A stretch of DNA of 64,000 nt from Spirochaetia bacterium (GTDB lineage Bacteria; Spirochaetota; Spirochaetia; CADAEX01). Positions 29,154 to 38,990 of the stretch are shown in pieces (position 1 is the first letter of the stretch; each line of letters begins with the position of its first letter). Made by a program: the position numbers and the translations under genes. Below the pieces are notes generated by a model. That model did not search any database and was not told the origin of the DNA. It saw only the letters and a list, made by a program, of their open reading frames with translations. Location of the stretch: the NCBI GenBank assembly GCA_963662265.2, contig CAXXHA010000029.1, positions 96,001-160,000 on the forward strand. The letters are read 5' to 3'.

Positions 29154-30837
29154 GTCTCACAGAATAAGAAAAATAATAAAATCATCGGGATTTGTTCCTG
29201 TACTACTCTTTATCGTTATATATGCTGTTTATGCTGTCAGTTCATATTACAGCAGTCCTTCACCAATAATTGATCATATTACTCCGGAAATAGGTTATCC
29301 GGGAGATGTCCTTGAAATATCAGGCCATCATTTCGGAGTTCCTGACAGAAAAATATCACGAAGCATTGTTATGAAGCCTACAGGATCATCAGTCTATATT
29401 GCGAAAAACAGACTTGTGCTGTCGGATTTTATTTACTGGTCAGATGAAAAAATCAGGGTGCGAATACCGGCCGAGACTGAATCAGGGCCTTTATGGATTG
29501 AAACGAAAAACGGAACTTCAAATGAAATTATATTTACGAACCGGAGGGAAATACCCCAGATACTGTCAGGACCGGTTGATCCTGGTCAGCCTTATATTTC
29601 CGGAATAGAACCGCTTAACGGGAGTGTGGGGGATGTTATAACAATAAGCGGAATGAATTTCGGCCTTGAAAAAGAAAACAGTTCTGTTGAATTTACCCTG
29701 ACAGCCCCGGTAAATATCAATAGAACAGAAATTACCGGTAACCCTGAAATAAAAGCATCAGATCTTGACTTTGATTATATAAGCTGGACTGACAATGAAG
29801 TAAAGGTGAAAGTTCCTGATGGAGCTACATCAGGAAAAATGCAGCTGAATACAGACAGGGGAAAAAGTAATTCCATATATTTTGAACTCAATGAAAACAC
29901 CGGTACAAAGAGTTATGAACAGAAGCGCGGTTATCAGATTAAATATGATGTAAATGTAAATATAATAAAGGCTTCTGATGGAAACAGCCTTGCGTTCTGG
30001 ATACCCGGTTTAACTGATACTCCTGAACAGAGGAATATTGAATATGAGAGAAATCTGACTCCTGAACTTGAGAATTACAACGGTACAATGCTTTACAGGT
30101 TTTTCAATCTGAGGGACGGGGACAGAAAAAATATACAGCATACAGTCTGGTTTGAGAGATATGAGTTTAAAACACGAGTTAATTCAAAAAAAGTAAGCTG
30201 GGATTATGATGAGGATTCAAAGTTTTTCAAGGAATATACAAAGGAAGATGATCTTTTAAAAGTTAATGATGAAAGAATTGATTTAATATACAAGAAAATT
30301 TCCCGCTCTTCAAACCCGTACCTGAAGGCGAAACTGATATACAACTATGTAAGGCGGATAAAATTTGCATATAGTCCCGGCGGAAAAGATGTAATAGACA
30401 ACTTTAATCTCGGAACAGGCGATTCATTTACCTATGCGCTGATATTTACTACACTGGCCAGAAAGGCTGGTCTTCCTTCACGTCCTGTTGCAGGATACCT
30501 TGTTTATGATGACAAGAGGGTTGTAAAGCATTTCTGGAGTGAGTTTTACATAAATAATTACGGCTGGATTCCTGTAGACCCTGCTCTGGGTGATGGTGCC
30601 AGGTTCGGGGATATGCCAGAGGTAGAAAATCCTGCTGAATATTATTTCGGAAACATTGACAGCCGGCATATATCATTTTCAAAAGGTATAATCTCAATAC
30701 CGTTTATTGCTCCTTACGGAAAAACAGTTCACAAGAACAAGATGTTCTCCCTTCAGAAATCTTATGAAGAGGTTTCAGGTAATATAGAGAATTATAAATC
30801 AGACTGGAATGATATAAAAATAGTAGAGTGGTGGTAA
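29107..30837 (+). CDS. Membrane-anchored IPT/TIG-repeat protein with a transglutaminase-like domain (start may be TTG 29128)
   Basis: N-terminal TM; two IPT domains (PIIDHITP..GYPGDVLEISG, PYISGIEP..GSVGDVITISG); TGc motif GDS..ALIFTTLARKAGLPSR..HFWSEFY..GWIPVDP. Confidence 0.85.
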   Translation: MNRGVNRLGKQLKKNKSHRIRKIIKSSGFVPVLLFIVIYAVYAVSSYYSSPSPIIDHITPEIGYPGDVLEISGHHFGVPDRKISRSIVMKPTGSSVYIAKNRLVLSDFIYWSDEKIRVRIPAETESGPLWIETKNGTSNEIIFTNRREIPQILSGPVDPGQPYISGIEPLNGSVGDVITISGMNFGLEKENSSVEFTLTAPVNINRTEITGNPEIKASDLDFDYISWTDNEVKVKVPDGATSGKMQLNTDRGKSNSIYFELNENTGTKSYEQKRGYQIKYDVNVNIIKASDGNSLAFWIPGLTDTPEQRNIEYERNLTPELENYNGTMLYRFFNLRDGDRKNIQHTVWFERYEFKTRVNSKKVSWDYDEDSKFFKEYTKEDDLLKVNDERIDLIYKKISRSSNPYLKAKLIYNYVRRIKFAYSPGGKDVIDNFNLGTGDSFTYALIFTTLARKAGLPSRPVAGYLVYDDKRVVKHFWSEFYINNYGWIPVDPALGDGARFGDMPEVENPAEYYFGNIDSRHISFSKGIISIPFIAPYGKTVHKNKMFSLQKSYEEVSGNIENYKSDWNDIKIVEWW

Positions 30838-30963
30838 TTCTGCTGTTTCTAATGGGAATTTCTGCCGAGAAAAAAATATCAACAGTTTGCTGAAATATTT
30901 TATCTGTAATTTTATGCAGATCAGATCATCAGGGAATTATTTGTGTGACTTCAAGTATTTTCG

Positions 30964-31008
30964 TTGACAAAGATTACAGCAGGCGAATATAATTTATTAC
31001 GTAATAAA
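30964..31008 (+). promoter_or_regulatory. Consensus sigma70 promoter with a palindromic operator at the transcription start
   Basis: TTGACA(30964-30969)-18 nt-TATAAT(30988-30993); perfect palindrome TTTATTACGTAATAAA at 30993-31008. Confidence 0.7.
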
Positions 31009-31024
31009 AAGTACCGGGAGAAAT

Positions 31025-32260
31025 ATGAATAATCCTCTACAGCTATCACTCGTAAATTTCAAGAAAGGTGCCTATATAATTGTTGAAGGGAAGCAGAAAG
31101 CTTCAAATTTCTTCATCGTAAGGACAGGTAAAGTACTTATAAGCAGAGAATTTGAAGTTGTTGAAGAACAGGATGGAAATATACTGGGACCTGGCGATTT
31201 CTTCGGTGTAGTTTCCACAATGTCATCTCACAGTCATATAGAAAATGCACAGGCTCTTACTGATGTTTCAATGATTGCTGTACAAAAAGACCAGTATGGA
31301 TTCCTCATTGAACGGAATACTCCAATTGCGATGAAAATAGTAATGAGTTTCTCCAGGAAAATGAGATATCTTGATGAGGCGCTTACAAGACTAACTCTGA
31401 AAAGCACAGGGGAAGAGGATCCTGAACATCTTTTCAAGGTGGCAGAATATTACGCGAGAAAAAGCCTTTACAATTACGCATATTTTGCCTATTACCAGTA
31501 TATAAAATGCTGTACTACCGGACAGAACATTTCAACAGCCAAGGAAAGAATGGCTAAAATCAAACCATATGCTACAAATGTTATTCTTGAAGAAAACAAT
31601 GAAGTAACACGGTTCTATCCCAAGGATACTATGATCTTTTCTGAGAGCCAGACTGGCCAGGAACTTTATATTATACAGAAAGGCAGTGTTAAAATTACAA
31701 AAATTGTTAATGACAATGAAATTCTGATTGCAATTCTGAAAGCAGGGGATATTTTCGGAGAAATGTCGCTTCTTGAAAACAAGCCAAGATCTGCATCTGC
31801 AATAGCATATGAAGATACAGTGATGATGGCTGTAAACAAGGTTAATTTCCAGCGTATGGTAAGTCAGCAGCCTCAGATGATTACCCGTCTTACCCAGCTG
31901 CTAGCGGAAAGAATATGGTTCAGCTACAAACAGCTTGAAAATACGCAGATCAGCAACCCGCTGGGAAGGCTGTTTGATGCACTTTTTATCCAGCTTGAGA
32001 AGTCCAGGGTCAATGTTGCACCTAAAACCGGTTTTACTTTCTCAATGGGGCCGAAAGAACTCATCGAAATGGTAGGTTTTACAAAAGAGGATTCTGAGAG
32101 TCTTTTGAAGGAACTTTTTGCTAACAGCAAAATATCTATCCAGGACAACAAGATAAGAACTTCCGATACCGAGGAAATATCCAAACAGGCGAATTACTTC
32201 AGGAAAATGGAGAAGATCGAACAGTCACGACGTAAGAGTTCTATTATGTCCGGTTTCTGA
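31025..32260 (+). CDS. Tandem cyclic-nucleotide-binding domain (Crp/Fnr-like) protein with a central TPR-like linker
   Basis: Two cNMP domains (FFIVRTGKV..GPGDFFG; LYIIQKGSV..GDIFGEMSLLENKPRSASA). Confidence 0.9.
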   Translation: MNNPLQLSLVNFKKGAYIIVEGKQKASNFFIVRTGKVLISREFEVVEEQDGNILGPGDFFGVVSTMSSHSHIENAQALTDVSMIAVQKDQYGFLIERNTPIAMKIVMSFSRKMRYLDEALTRLTLKSTGEEDPEHLFKVAEYYARKSLYNYAYFAYYQYIKCCTTGQNISTAKERMAKIKPYATNVILEENNEVTRFYPKDTMIFSESQTGQELYIIQKGSVKITKIVNDNEILIAILKAGDIFGEMSLLENKPRSASAIAYEDTVMMAVNKVNFQRMVSQQPQMITRLTQLLAERIWFSYKQLENTQISNPLGRLFDALFIQLEKSRVNVAPKTGFTFSMGPKELIEMVGFTKEDSESLLKELFANSKISIQDNKIRTSDTEEISKQANYFRKMEKIEQSRRKSSIMSGF

Positions 32261-32351
32261 TTTTTGCTGAAATGATATATCTTAAATCAATTGAAATAAT
32301 TACTACGCAAAAACACAACAGTATCCCGAAGGGCCTGTCCGGTTTCTGATT
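32247..32351 (+). repeat. 16-bp direct repeat duplicating the 3' end of the cNMP gene
   Basis: TGTCCGGTTTCTGATT at 32247-32262 and 32336-32351. Confidence 0.6.
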
Positions 32352-32483
32352 ATCGCTGCTTTGTAATATTCTTAAACATAAAAAAGAATTACAACTGAAA
32401 AACATCGGATGGAAAAGACCTGTTTATGTGAAAATGAGTTTATATCTGCATGCTGATTCTCATGAAAAAATAAATTGATGAAA

Positions 32484-33185
32484 TTATCTCAGTGGCGGGA
32501 AATTGGAAATATCTCCTGCTGAAATTGATATTTCACTGTATACTTTCTTGTATTTCACAATCTGCTGAAGTCCCCCTTTGCTTTCAAGGGGGAAAATAAT
32601 TTCACCCAGCGATTTGAGGATATCGAAAAAGGTAGGTGAAACCTGCTGTACTGAACCATGGATGAAAATTGCATCAAACGGCCCGTATCCCTGGAAAGCA
32701 TCAGCTGCTGAACCGTAAAAAATATTTATATTGTTGTATTTGTCCTCAAGGAGGGTATCGTAGAGATCTTCCTTTGTTGTGTCTGTTTCTATCAGATATA
32801 CATTATCATAAAAATATGAAAAAAGTGCTGCTGCATAACCTGCATTGTTCCCTATAATCAGGACTTTCTCTTTTTCCCTTGTATCAAACATATTCAGTGC
32901 CTTCACTATATCAGATACCGGAGGTATTTTTTTCCCGTTGGAAAGGGGAACAGCAGTCTCTGTATATGTGTATTTCCTGAATCGTTCAGGGATAAAGTAT
33001 TCCCTGTCTATAAGCTCAATAGAATAGAGGAGTTTTCTGTCCCTTATACCCTGGTTTTCTTTTAAATAATCTATAAGCTGGGCCCTTTTTTCATTCATGC
33101 TTTCACCTGATACCTGTGAAAAGGTTAAAGCAGCTGAGCATGAGTATAATAGCAGTATAAAAAGAAAGCCTTTCAGATTTTTCAT
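32484..33185 (-). CDS. pcm: Protein-L-isoaspartate O-methyltransferase-like protein with a signal peptide (degenerate)
   Basis: IDREYFIP, KVLIIGNNAGYAAA (degenerate motif I), GPFDAI. Confidence 0.75.
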   Translation of the reverse strand: MKNLKGFLFILLLYSCSAALTFSQVSGESMNEKRAQLIDYLKENQGIRDRKLLYSIELIDREYFIPERFRKYTYTETAVPLSNGKKIPPVSDIVKALNMFDTREKEKVLIIGNNAGYAAALFSYFYDNVYLIETDTTKEDLYDTLLEDKYNNINIFYGSAADAFQGYGPFDAIFIHGSVQQVSPTFFDILKSLGEIIFPLESKGGLQQIVKYKKVYSEISISAGDISNFPPLR

Positions 33186-33282
33186 GAAATCAATATATCA
33201 TAAACAGTTTTTTTATTGAATCACTGTTCTTAATTTGATAATATATCGCGATACCGGTAAATACCCAGGAGGAAATACTCAA

Positions 33283-35931
33283 ATGAACGCAATTGAACTT
33301 GAAAAAACGTATAATCCGAAAGATTTTGAAGACAGGATTTATGAATCATGGATGGAGAACAAGGAATTCTCCCCGAAAGACGATAACGGAAAAAATCCTT
33401 TCACAATAGTCATTCCTCCTCCAAATGTCACAGGTGTCCTTCATATGGGACACGGATTAAATAACTCTCTTCAGGATATTCTTATCCGTTACTACAGAAT
33501 GTGCGGAAACCCTACACTCTGGCTTCCGGGAACAGACCATGCAGGTATTGCAACTCAGAATGTTGTGGAAAAGAGACTTCTTAAAGAGGGCAAATCACGG
33601 CATGACCTTGGAAGAGAAAAATTCCTTGAAAAAACATGGGAAGTTAAAGAGGAACATCATAATATAATAAAGAAGCAGCTTGAGAAAATCGGCTCATCAT
33701 GTGACTGGGACAGAGAAAGGTTTACAATGGATGAGGGCTTGAGTGAAGCTGTAAGGGAAGTTTTTGTAACGCTCTATGAAAGAGGTCTTATCTACAAGGG
33801 TAACTACCTTGTAAACTGGTGCTCTTCATGCGGTACTGCGCTTGCAGACGATGAAGTTGAACACCAGGAAATAGAGGGTAAGATGTACCATTACTACTAT
33901 CCTCTCTCTGACGGATCAGACAAACTTGAAATAGCCACTACTAGACCTGAAACAATGCTTGGTGATACATGTGTAGCTGTAAATCCCGAAGATGACAGAT
34001 ATAAAAAATATGTCGGAAAGATGGTTAAACTGCCTCTTACATCAAGGGAGATTCCTGTAATTGCAGACTCCTATGTTGATATGGAATTCGGTACAGGTGT
34101 TGTGAAAATTACTCCTGCCCATGACCCCAATGACTGGGAAATCAGTGAAAGACATAATCTTGAAAAAATAAATATTCTTACTGAAGACGGAAAACTTAAT
34201 AACAATGTCCCTGAAAAATACAGGGGTATGACACCTCTTGATGCAAGAAAGGCTGTTATCGAAGATCTTAAAGAGCAGGGACTCTACATAAAGGATAGAG
34301 TTCATCCTCACCAGGTTGGCCACTGCTACAGGTGTGACACTGTAATTGAGCCTTTCATGTCGGAACAGTGGTTTGTAAAAATGAAGCCTCTTGCTGAAAA
34401 GGCTCTCTCAGCATGGAGAAACGGTGAAGTTGAATTCTATCCAAAGAGATGGGAAAACACATACAAGCACTGGCTTGAAAATATCAGAGACTGGTGTATT
34501 TCAAGGCAGCTCTGGTGGGGGCACAGAATTCCTGTATGGCACTGCAAAGACTGCGGCGAGATGATTGTTGCAAGAAAAGATCCGGATAAGTGTCCCAAAT
34601 GTTCATCAACAAACCTCAGGCAGGAGGATGATGTACTTGATACATGGTTTTCTTCATGGCTCTGGCCTTTCTCAACTCTCGGATGGCCTGAAAATACTGA
34701 TGATATGAAGAAATTCTTCCCTACATCAACACTTGTAACTGCCTATGATATTATCTTTTTCTGGGTAGCCAGGATGATTATGGCAAGTCTCGAGTTTACA
34801 GGACAGGTTCCATTCAAGGATATTTATATTCACGGACTTGTAAGGGCTAAAGACGGGAGGAAAATGTCCAAGTCTCTCGGCAACGGAATCGACCCTCTTG
34901 ATGTAGTTGAAGAATACGGAGCAGATGCATTCAAGTTTACACTTGCTTTCCTTGCTGCTCAGGGACAGGATATTCTCATTGATATGGAATCATTCAAATT
35001 CGGGTCCAAGTTTGCAAACAAGATCTGGAATGCTTCCAGGTATCTTCTGATGAATATTGAGGGAAGAAACCTTATTGAATTCGATAAAATTGAAAAGAAC
35101 TCAACTGATAAATGGATACTGAACCAGCTTAACGAAGCAGTTGCAGGTGTTGAAAAAGCAATGAAATCATACAGATTTAATGATGCGGCAAAAGCTGTAT
35201 ACGAGTTTTTCTGGAACGATTTCTGCGACTGGTATGTTGAAGCTTCCAAGCTTTCTCTCTATTCAGACAGTGATGAAGAGAAGGACAGGGGTATTTCAAT
35301 ACTTATTCATATACTTAATGATTCACTTAAGCTTCTTCATCCTTTTGTTCCGTTTATTACAGAGGAGATTTACCAGAAACTTCCTCTCAATGAAGGCAGT
35401 ATTGTAAATGCTTACTATCCTGAATATAAAGAGGAAAACAAGGACACTGAGCTTGCATCAAACTTTTCATCCCTCCAGGAGCTTATCAAGGCTGTAAGAA
35501 CCATGAGAAGTGAGTTCCAGGTTGCACCATCAAAGAAAATAAAGATGTTTATCTGTCCTGATGAGGGATTCAGGGCGGCTTCTTTCTTTGAAGAGCAGAC
35601 AGAGCTTATCAAGTTCCTTGTTGCAGCATCAGAAATTGAATTTATTTCATCGAAACCTGAGGAAAAGGGATTTATTCCAGTTGCAGGAAACGGGTTCGAA
35701 GTATATGTATCGCTCAAGGATGTGATTGATATTCCGAAGGAAATTGCAAAGCTTAAGAAAGATATTGAAAAACAGGAGAAACTCCTGAAACGGACAGAAG
35801 GAAAGCTCAGTAATCCTTCATTCCTCGACAAGGCTCCTGCTGAAATTATTGAAAAGGAAAAAGCTGCCAAAGAGGAAATGAGTCAGATGATTGACAAGAT
35901 GAAGCAGAACCTCAAGGAGCTTTCTGAGTAA
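33283..35931 (+). CDS. valS: Valyl-tRNA synthetase
   Basis: PPPNVTGVLHMGH, DHAGIATQ, ATTRPET, WCISRQLWWGHRIP, KMSKS; start after AGGAGG. Confidence 0.98.
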   Translation: MNAIELEKTYNPKDFEDRIYESWMENKEFSPKDDNGKNPFTIVIPPPNVTGVLHMGHGLNNSLQDILIRYYRMCGNPTLWLPGTDHAGIATQNVVEKRLLKEGKSRHDLGREKFLEKTWEVKEEHHNIIKKQLEKIGSSCDWDRERFTMDEGLSEAVREVFVTLYERGLIYKGNYLVNWCSSCGTALADDEVEHQEIEGKMYHYYYPLSDGSDKLEIATTRPETMLGDTCVAVNPEDDRYKKYVGKMVKLPLTSREIPVIADSYVDMEFGTGVVKITPAHDPNDWEISERHNLEKINILTEDGKLNNNVPEKYRGMTPLDARKAVIEDLKEQGLYIKDRVHPHQVGHCYRCDTVIEPFMSEQWFVKMKPLAEKALSAWRNGEVEFYPKRWENTYKHWLENIRDWCISRQLWWGHRIPVWHCKDCGEMIVARKDPDKCPKCSSTNLRQEDDVLDTWFSSWLWPFSTLGWPENTDDMKKFFPTSTLVTAYDIIFFWVARMIMASLEFTGQVPFKDIYIHGLVRAKDGRKMSKSLGNGIDPLDVVEEYGADAFKFTLAFLAAQGQDILIDMESFKFGSKFANKIWNASRYLLMNIEGRNLIEFDKIEKNSTDKWILNQLNEAVAGVEKAMKSYRFNDAAKAVYEFFWNDFCDWYVEASKLSLYSDSDEEKDRGISILIHILNDSLKLLHPFVPFITEEIYQKLPLNEGSIVNAYYPEYKEENKDTELASNFSSLQELIKAVRTMRSEFQVAPSKKIKMFICPDEGFRAASFFEEQTELIKFLVAASEIEFISSKPEEKGFIPVAGNGFEVYVSLKDVIDIPKEIAKLKKDIEKQEKLLKRTEGKLSNPSFLDKAPAEIIEKEKAAKEEMSQMIDKMKQNLKELSE

Positions 35932-35969
35932 TTTCTTCGTGAAATAAGATATAAAAGGAAAAAATGTAA

Positions 35970-37691
35970 ATGAGATTAAGCAGATATTTTCTAAGAACAT
36001 ATAAGGAAGCTCCCAGGGATGCCCAGACACCCAGTCATATACTCATGCACCGGGCAGGGATGATACAGAAACTGACAAGCGGTATTTATAATTATCTGCC
36101 GCTTGCCTGGAAGACTATCAAAAAAATTGAGGCAATTATCAGGGAGGAACTCGACAGGAGAGACTGCCAGGAAGTTCTGATGCCTGCAGTCCAACCTTCT
36201 GATCTCTGGGAGGAAAGCGGCAGATGGAACTACTACGGACCTGAACTTCTCCGTTTCAAGGACAGGAAAAATGCAGATTACTGTCTGGGTCCTACTCACG
36301 AAGAGGTAATTACAGACATGGTCAGAAGGAATATCAATTCCTACAAGCAGCTTCCTGTAAACCTCTACCAGATTCAGACAAAATTCCGTGACGAGATAAG
36401 ACCCCGGTTTGGTTTAATGAGAGGCCGGGAATTCATAATGAAAGATGCGTACAGCTTTGATACTGATGATGAAGAGTCAAAGAAGAGCTACCAGAAGATG
36501 TATGAGGCATATACAGATATATTCACCCGGTGCGGTCTCAGGTTCAAGGCTGTCGATGCTGCTACAGGAGCAATCGGGGGCGATATGTCTCACGAGTTCC
36601 AGGTGCTTGCGGAAACAGGGGAGGATGAAATACTTTCCTGCTCAAAATGCAAATATGCCGCAAATGTGGAAAAAGCTGTAACTGTACGGGATATTAAAAA
36701 ACCTGCTGATGCTGGTAAGTGTGAAGTCAGTGAAGTTCATACTCCCGGTGCAAAAACTATTGATGAGATTACTGATTTCCTCAAGAAATCAGCAGACCAC
36801 ATGATTAAGACTCTTATCTATCTTATTGATGATGAACCTGTTGCAGTTCTTGTAAGGGGAGACCTTGAAGCGAATGAAGCCAAAGTTCAGTCATCTCTCG
36901 GCGCAAGCGCTGTCTTTCCGGCAGATGAAGAAACAGTAAAGAACGTTACTGGAGCCGAGGTAGGATTTGCAGGACCATTGAATCTTAAAGAGGATATAAA
37001 AATACTTGTCGATGAGCAGCTTTATGCATATACCGACATGGTTTGCGGCGCAAACAAGACTGATTATCACCTTACAGGTATTGATCCTGAAAGAGATATA
37101 AAGCCGTTTAAAGTTGGAGATTTCACTTTTGCTCATCCCGGAGAAAAATGTCCGCACTGTGAAGGGACTCTCGAATCATACAGGGGAATCGAGGTGGGAC
37201 AGGTATTTTTCCTGGGTGATAAATATTCAAAGGCTATGAACTGTAATTATCTTGACCGGAACGGCAAGGAAAAACCCATTGTCATGGGCTGCTATGGAAT
37301 AGGTGTAGGAAGAACAATGGCAGCTGCAGTTGAGCAGAACCATGATGAATACGGTATTAAATGGCCGGCAGCAATAGCTCCTTTCGAAGCAGTTGTTCTG
37401 CCTCTCCAGTCAAACAAGGAAGAGGTGATGGATCTTGCTGAAAAATTCTACTCAGAGCTTCAGGCTGCGGGAATAGATACAGCTATTGATGACAGGAAAG
37501 AGAGAGCAGGTTTCAAGATGAATGATGCAGACCTTATCGGATATCCATTGCAGCTGATTATCGGAGCAAAGATGATTGAGCAGGGCCTTGTAGAGATAAA
37601 GGAAAGATCAACAGGTGAGAAGAGGGAAGTGAAGATTGAAGATGCTGTAAACGAGATAACTTCTAATCTTGCAAAACTCAAGAATCAATAA
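35970..37691 (+). CDS. proS: Prolyl-tRNA synthetase (bacterial type with INS editing domain)
   Basis: LGPTHEE, FRDEIRPRFGLMRGREF, IEVGQVF, MGCYGIG. Confidence 0.98.
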   Translation: MRLSRYFLRTYKEAPRDAQTPSHILMHRAGMIQKLTSGIYNYLPLAWKTIKKIEAIIREELDRRDCQEVLMPAVQPSDLWEESGRWNYYGPELLRFKDRKNADYCLGPTHEEVITDMVRRNINSYKQLPVNLYQIQTKFRDEIRPRFGLMRGREFIMKDAYSFDTDDEESKKSYQKMYEAYTDIFTRCGLRFKAVDAATGAIGGDMSHEFQVLAETGEDEILSCSKCKYAANVEKAVTVRDIKKPADAGKCEVSEVHTPGAKTIDEITDFLKKSADHMIKTLIYLIDDEPVAVLVRGDLEANEAKVQSSLGASAVFPADEETVKNVTGAEVGFAGPLNLKEDIKILVDEQLYAYTDMVCGANKTDYHLTGIDPERDIKPFKVGDFTFAHPGEKCPHCEGTLESYRGIEVGQVFFLGDKYSKAMNCNYLDRNGKEKPIVMGCYGIGVGRTMAAAVEQNHDEYGIKWPAAIAPFEAVVLPLQSNKEEVMDLAEKFYSELQAAGIDTAIDDRKERAGFKMNDADLIGYPLQLIIGAKMIEQGLVEIKERSTGEKREVKIEDAVNEITSNLAKLKNQ

Positions 37692-37841
37692 AATATGTGT
37701 CTGTCCTGATTTGAAGCAGAAAAAGTTAATGAAGCAAACTGTTGAGCATTTTTCAGGACTGTATGAATGAAAATTAAAAGCTGATGTTTTCTGAAATTTA
37801 AATATCAGCCAACCGGCTGTATTATGCAGCTGTTTATATAT

Positions 37842-37882
37842 AAAAGGCGGAGAATCTTTGATGATTTTCCGCCGTTTTTTTT
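37842..37882. terminator. Intrinsic terminator after proS (possibly bidirectional)
   Basis: GGCGGAGAATC...GATTTTCCGCC stem plus T8. Confidence 0.8.
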
Positions 37883-38055
37883 ATTGTAAAATATTTGTTG
37901 AAGCCAGAATACTGATTCTGTTTGCAAGGTTAATTGAAAAAACATATAACATATTTTGTTTACATGAAATATTATTTTTGACAAAATCATTGTCAACGAA
38001 ATAATCTAAGCGCTGAACAGATAAACAAAATTACAAGTTTTTTTATCATATCAGG

Positions 38056-38937
38056 TCAGCTGTCAATCCCCCTGCGGTCAGATGTATTGAATTTCACTTC
38101 AGCCTTGTCAAAGCCGGGGTATCCTGTTCTGAATACTGCCTTGCCGTCAAAGTTCATGTTAAGTTTTCTTCCGCTGATTGCAGATTTTATAAGTTCAAGA
38201 CCTACTTCTGCAGGATTTACTGAAATTGGCAGTGTTATCCTGTTTTCCCCGTTTTCCTTGAAATCTGTGCTTGTGCGGGACATCCCTTTTCCCCATGTTA
38301 CAGTATTGACCTTGAAATCATAATCAATGGAATCAAGTGAAAGTGAGAAGTTATTCCTGTTTCTTATGCGCAATACAAGTTCCAGCTCGCTCTTGAACGG
38401 ATTAAGGCTTTTCAGGTTGAGGCTGTCAATTGCAATTTCCGGAAGCTTCACTGCGGGAAAAGATCCTTCATGTTCAACCGGAAAAGAAGCTTTGCCGAAA
38501 ACAGGCAGATCAAATGTGAAAACATTTTTGATTTTATAGGCAATCTGATCTTTTCCCTTTATATCTCCATACATGCTGTAAAGGTCTTTATATGTGAGAG
38601 TAACGGGAAGTTTTATAACACTCCTGTCATCAGGTTCAATTCTAAGAGGCTCTTTTGTTTCACCCTTGATAAGGGAATTCCCCTCAATTTCAAGATCATA
38701 GGCATATCCTGCCATTTCGACACCGACAGAATTCGGATTATCAACATTAAATGAGAAATCAAGAGTTATATCCTGGAAACTGATATCTGATATTTCAGCC
38801 TTGTCAAAAGATACTTTAGGTTCCTTGAATATGTTTTCAAGTGTTGCACAGGAAAATAGAAATAAACCTGTTATTGCAATAACAGAAATAATAATTATAT
38901 TTTTTAGCTGTTTGTTATTAATCATTATTAACCTCAT
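38056..38937 (-). CDS. Lipoprotein with two LEA type 2 (WHy) domains
   Basis: Lipobox FLFSC; VDNPNSV and IRNRNNF LEA_2 motifs; start uncertain (38994/38937/38925). Confidence 0.85.
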   Translation of the reverse strand: MRLIMINNKQLKNIIIISVIAITGLFLFSCATLENIFKEPKVSFDKAEISDISFQDITLDFSFNVDNPNSVGVEMAGYAYDLEIEGNSLIKGETKEPLRIEPDDRSVIKLPVTLTYKDLYSMYGDIKGKDQIAYKIKNVFTFDLPVFGKASFPVEHEGSFPAVKLPEIAIDSLNLKSLNPFKSELELVLRIRNRNNFSLSLDSIDYDFKVNTVTWGKGMSRTSTDFKENGENRITLPISVNPAEVGLELIKSAISGRKLNMNFDGKAVFRTGYPGFDKAEVKFNTSDRRGIDS

Positions 38938-38990
38938 AATTTTTGATCTGGTATGTATTATAACCCGAAAAATGAATAAATAATAAGTAT

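Noticed and set aside
33186-33282. T-box leader upstream of valS (also checked cysS and proS)
   Set aside because: Intergenic regions are too short and lack the T-box consensus
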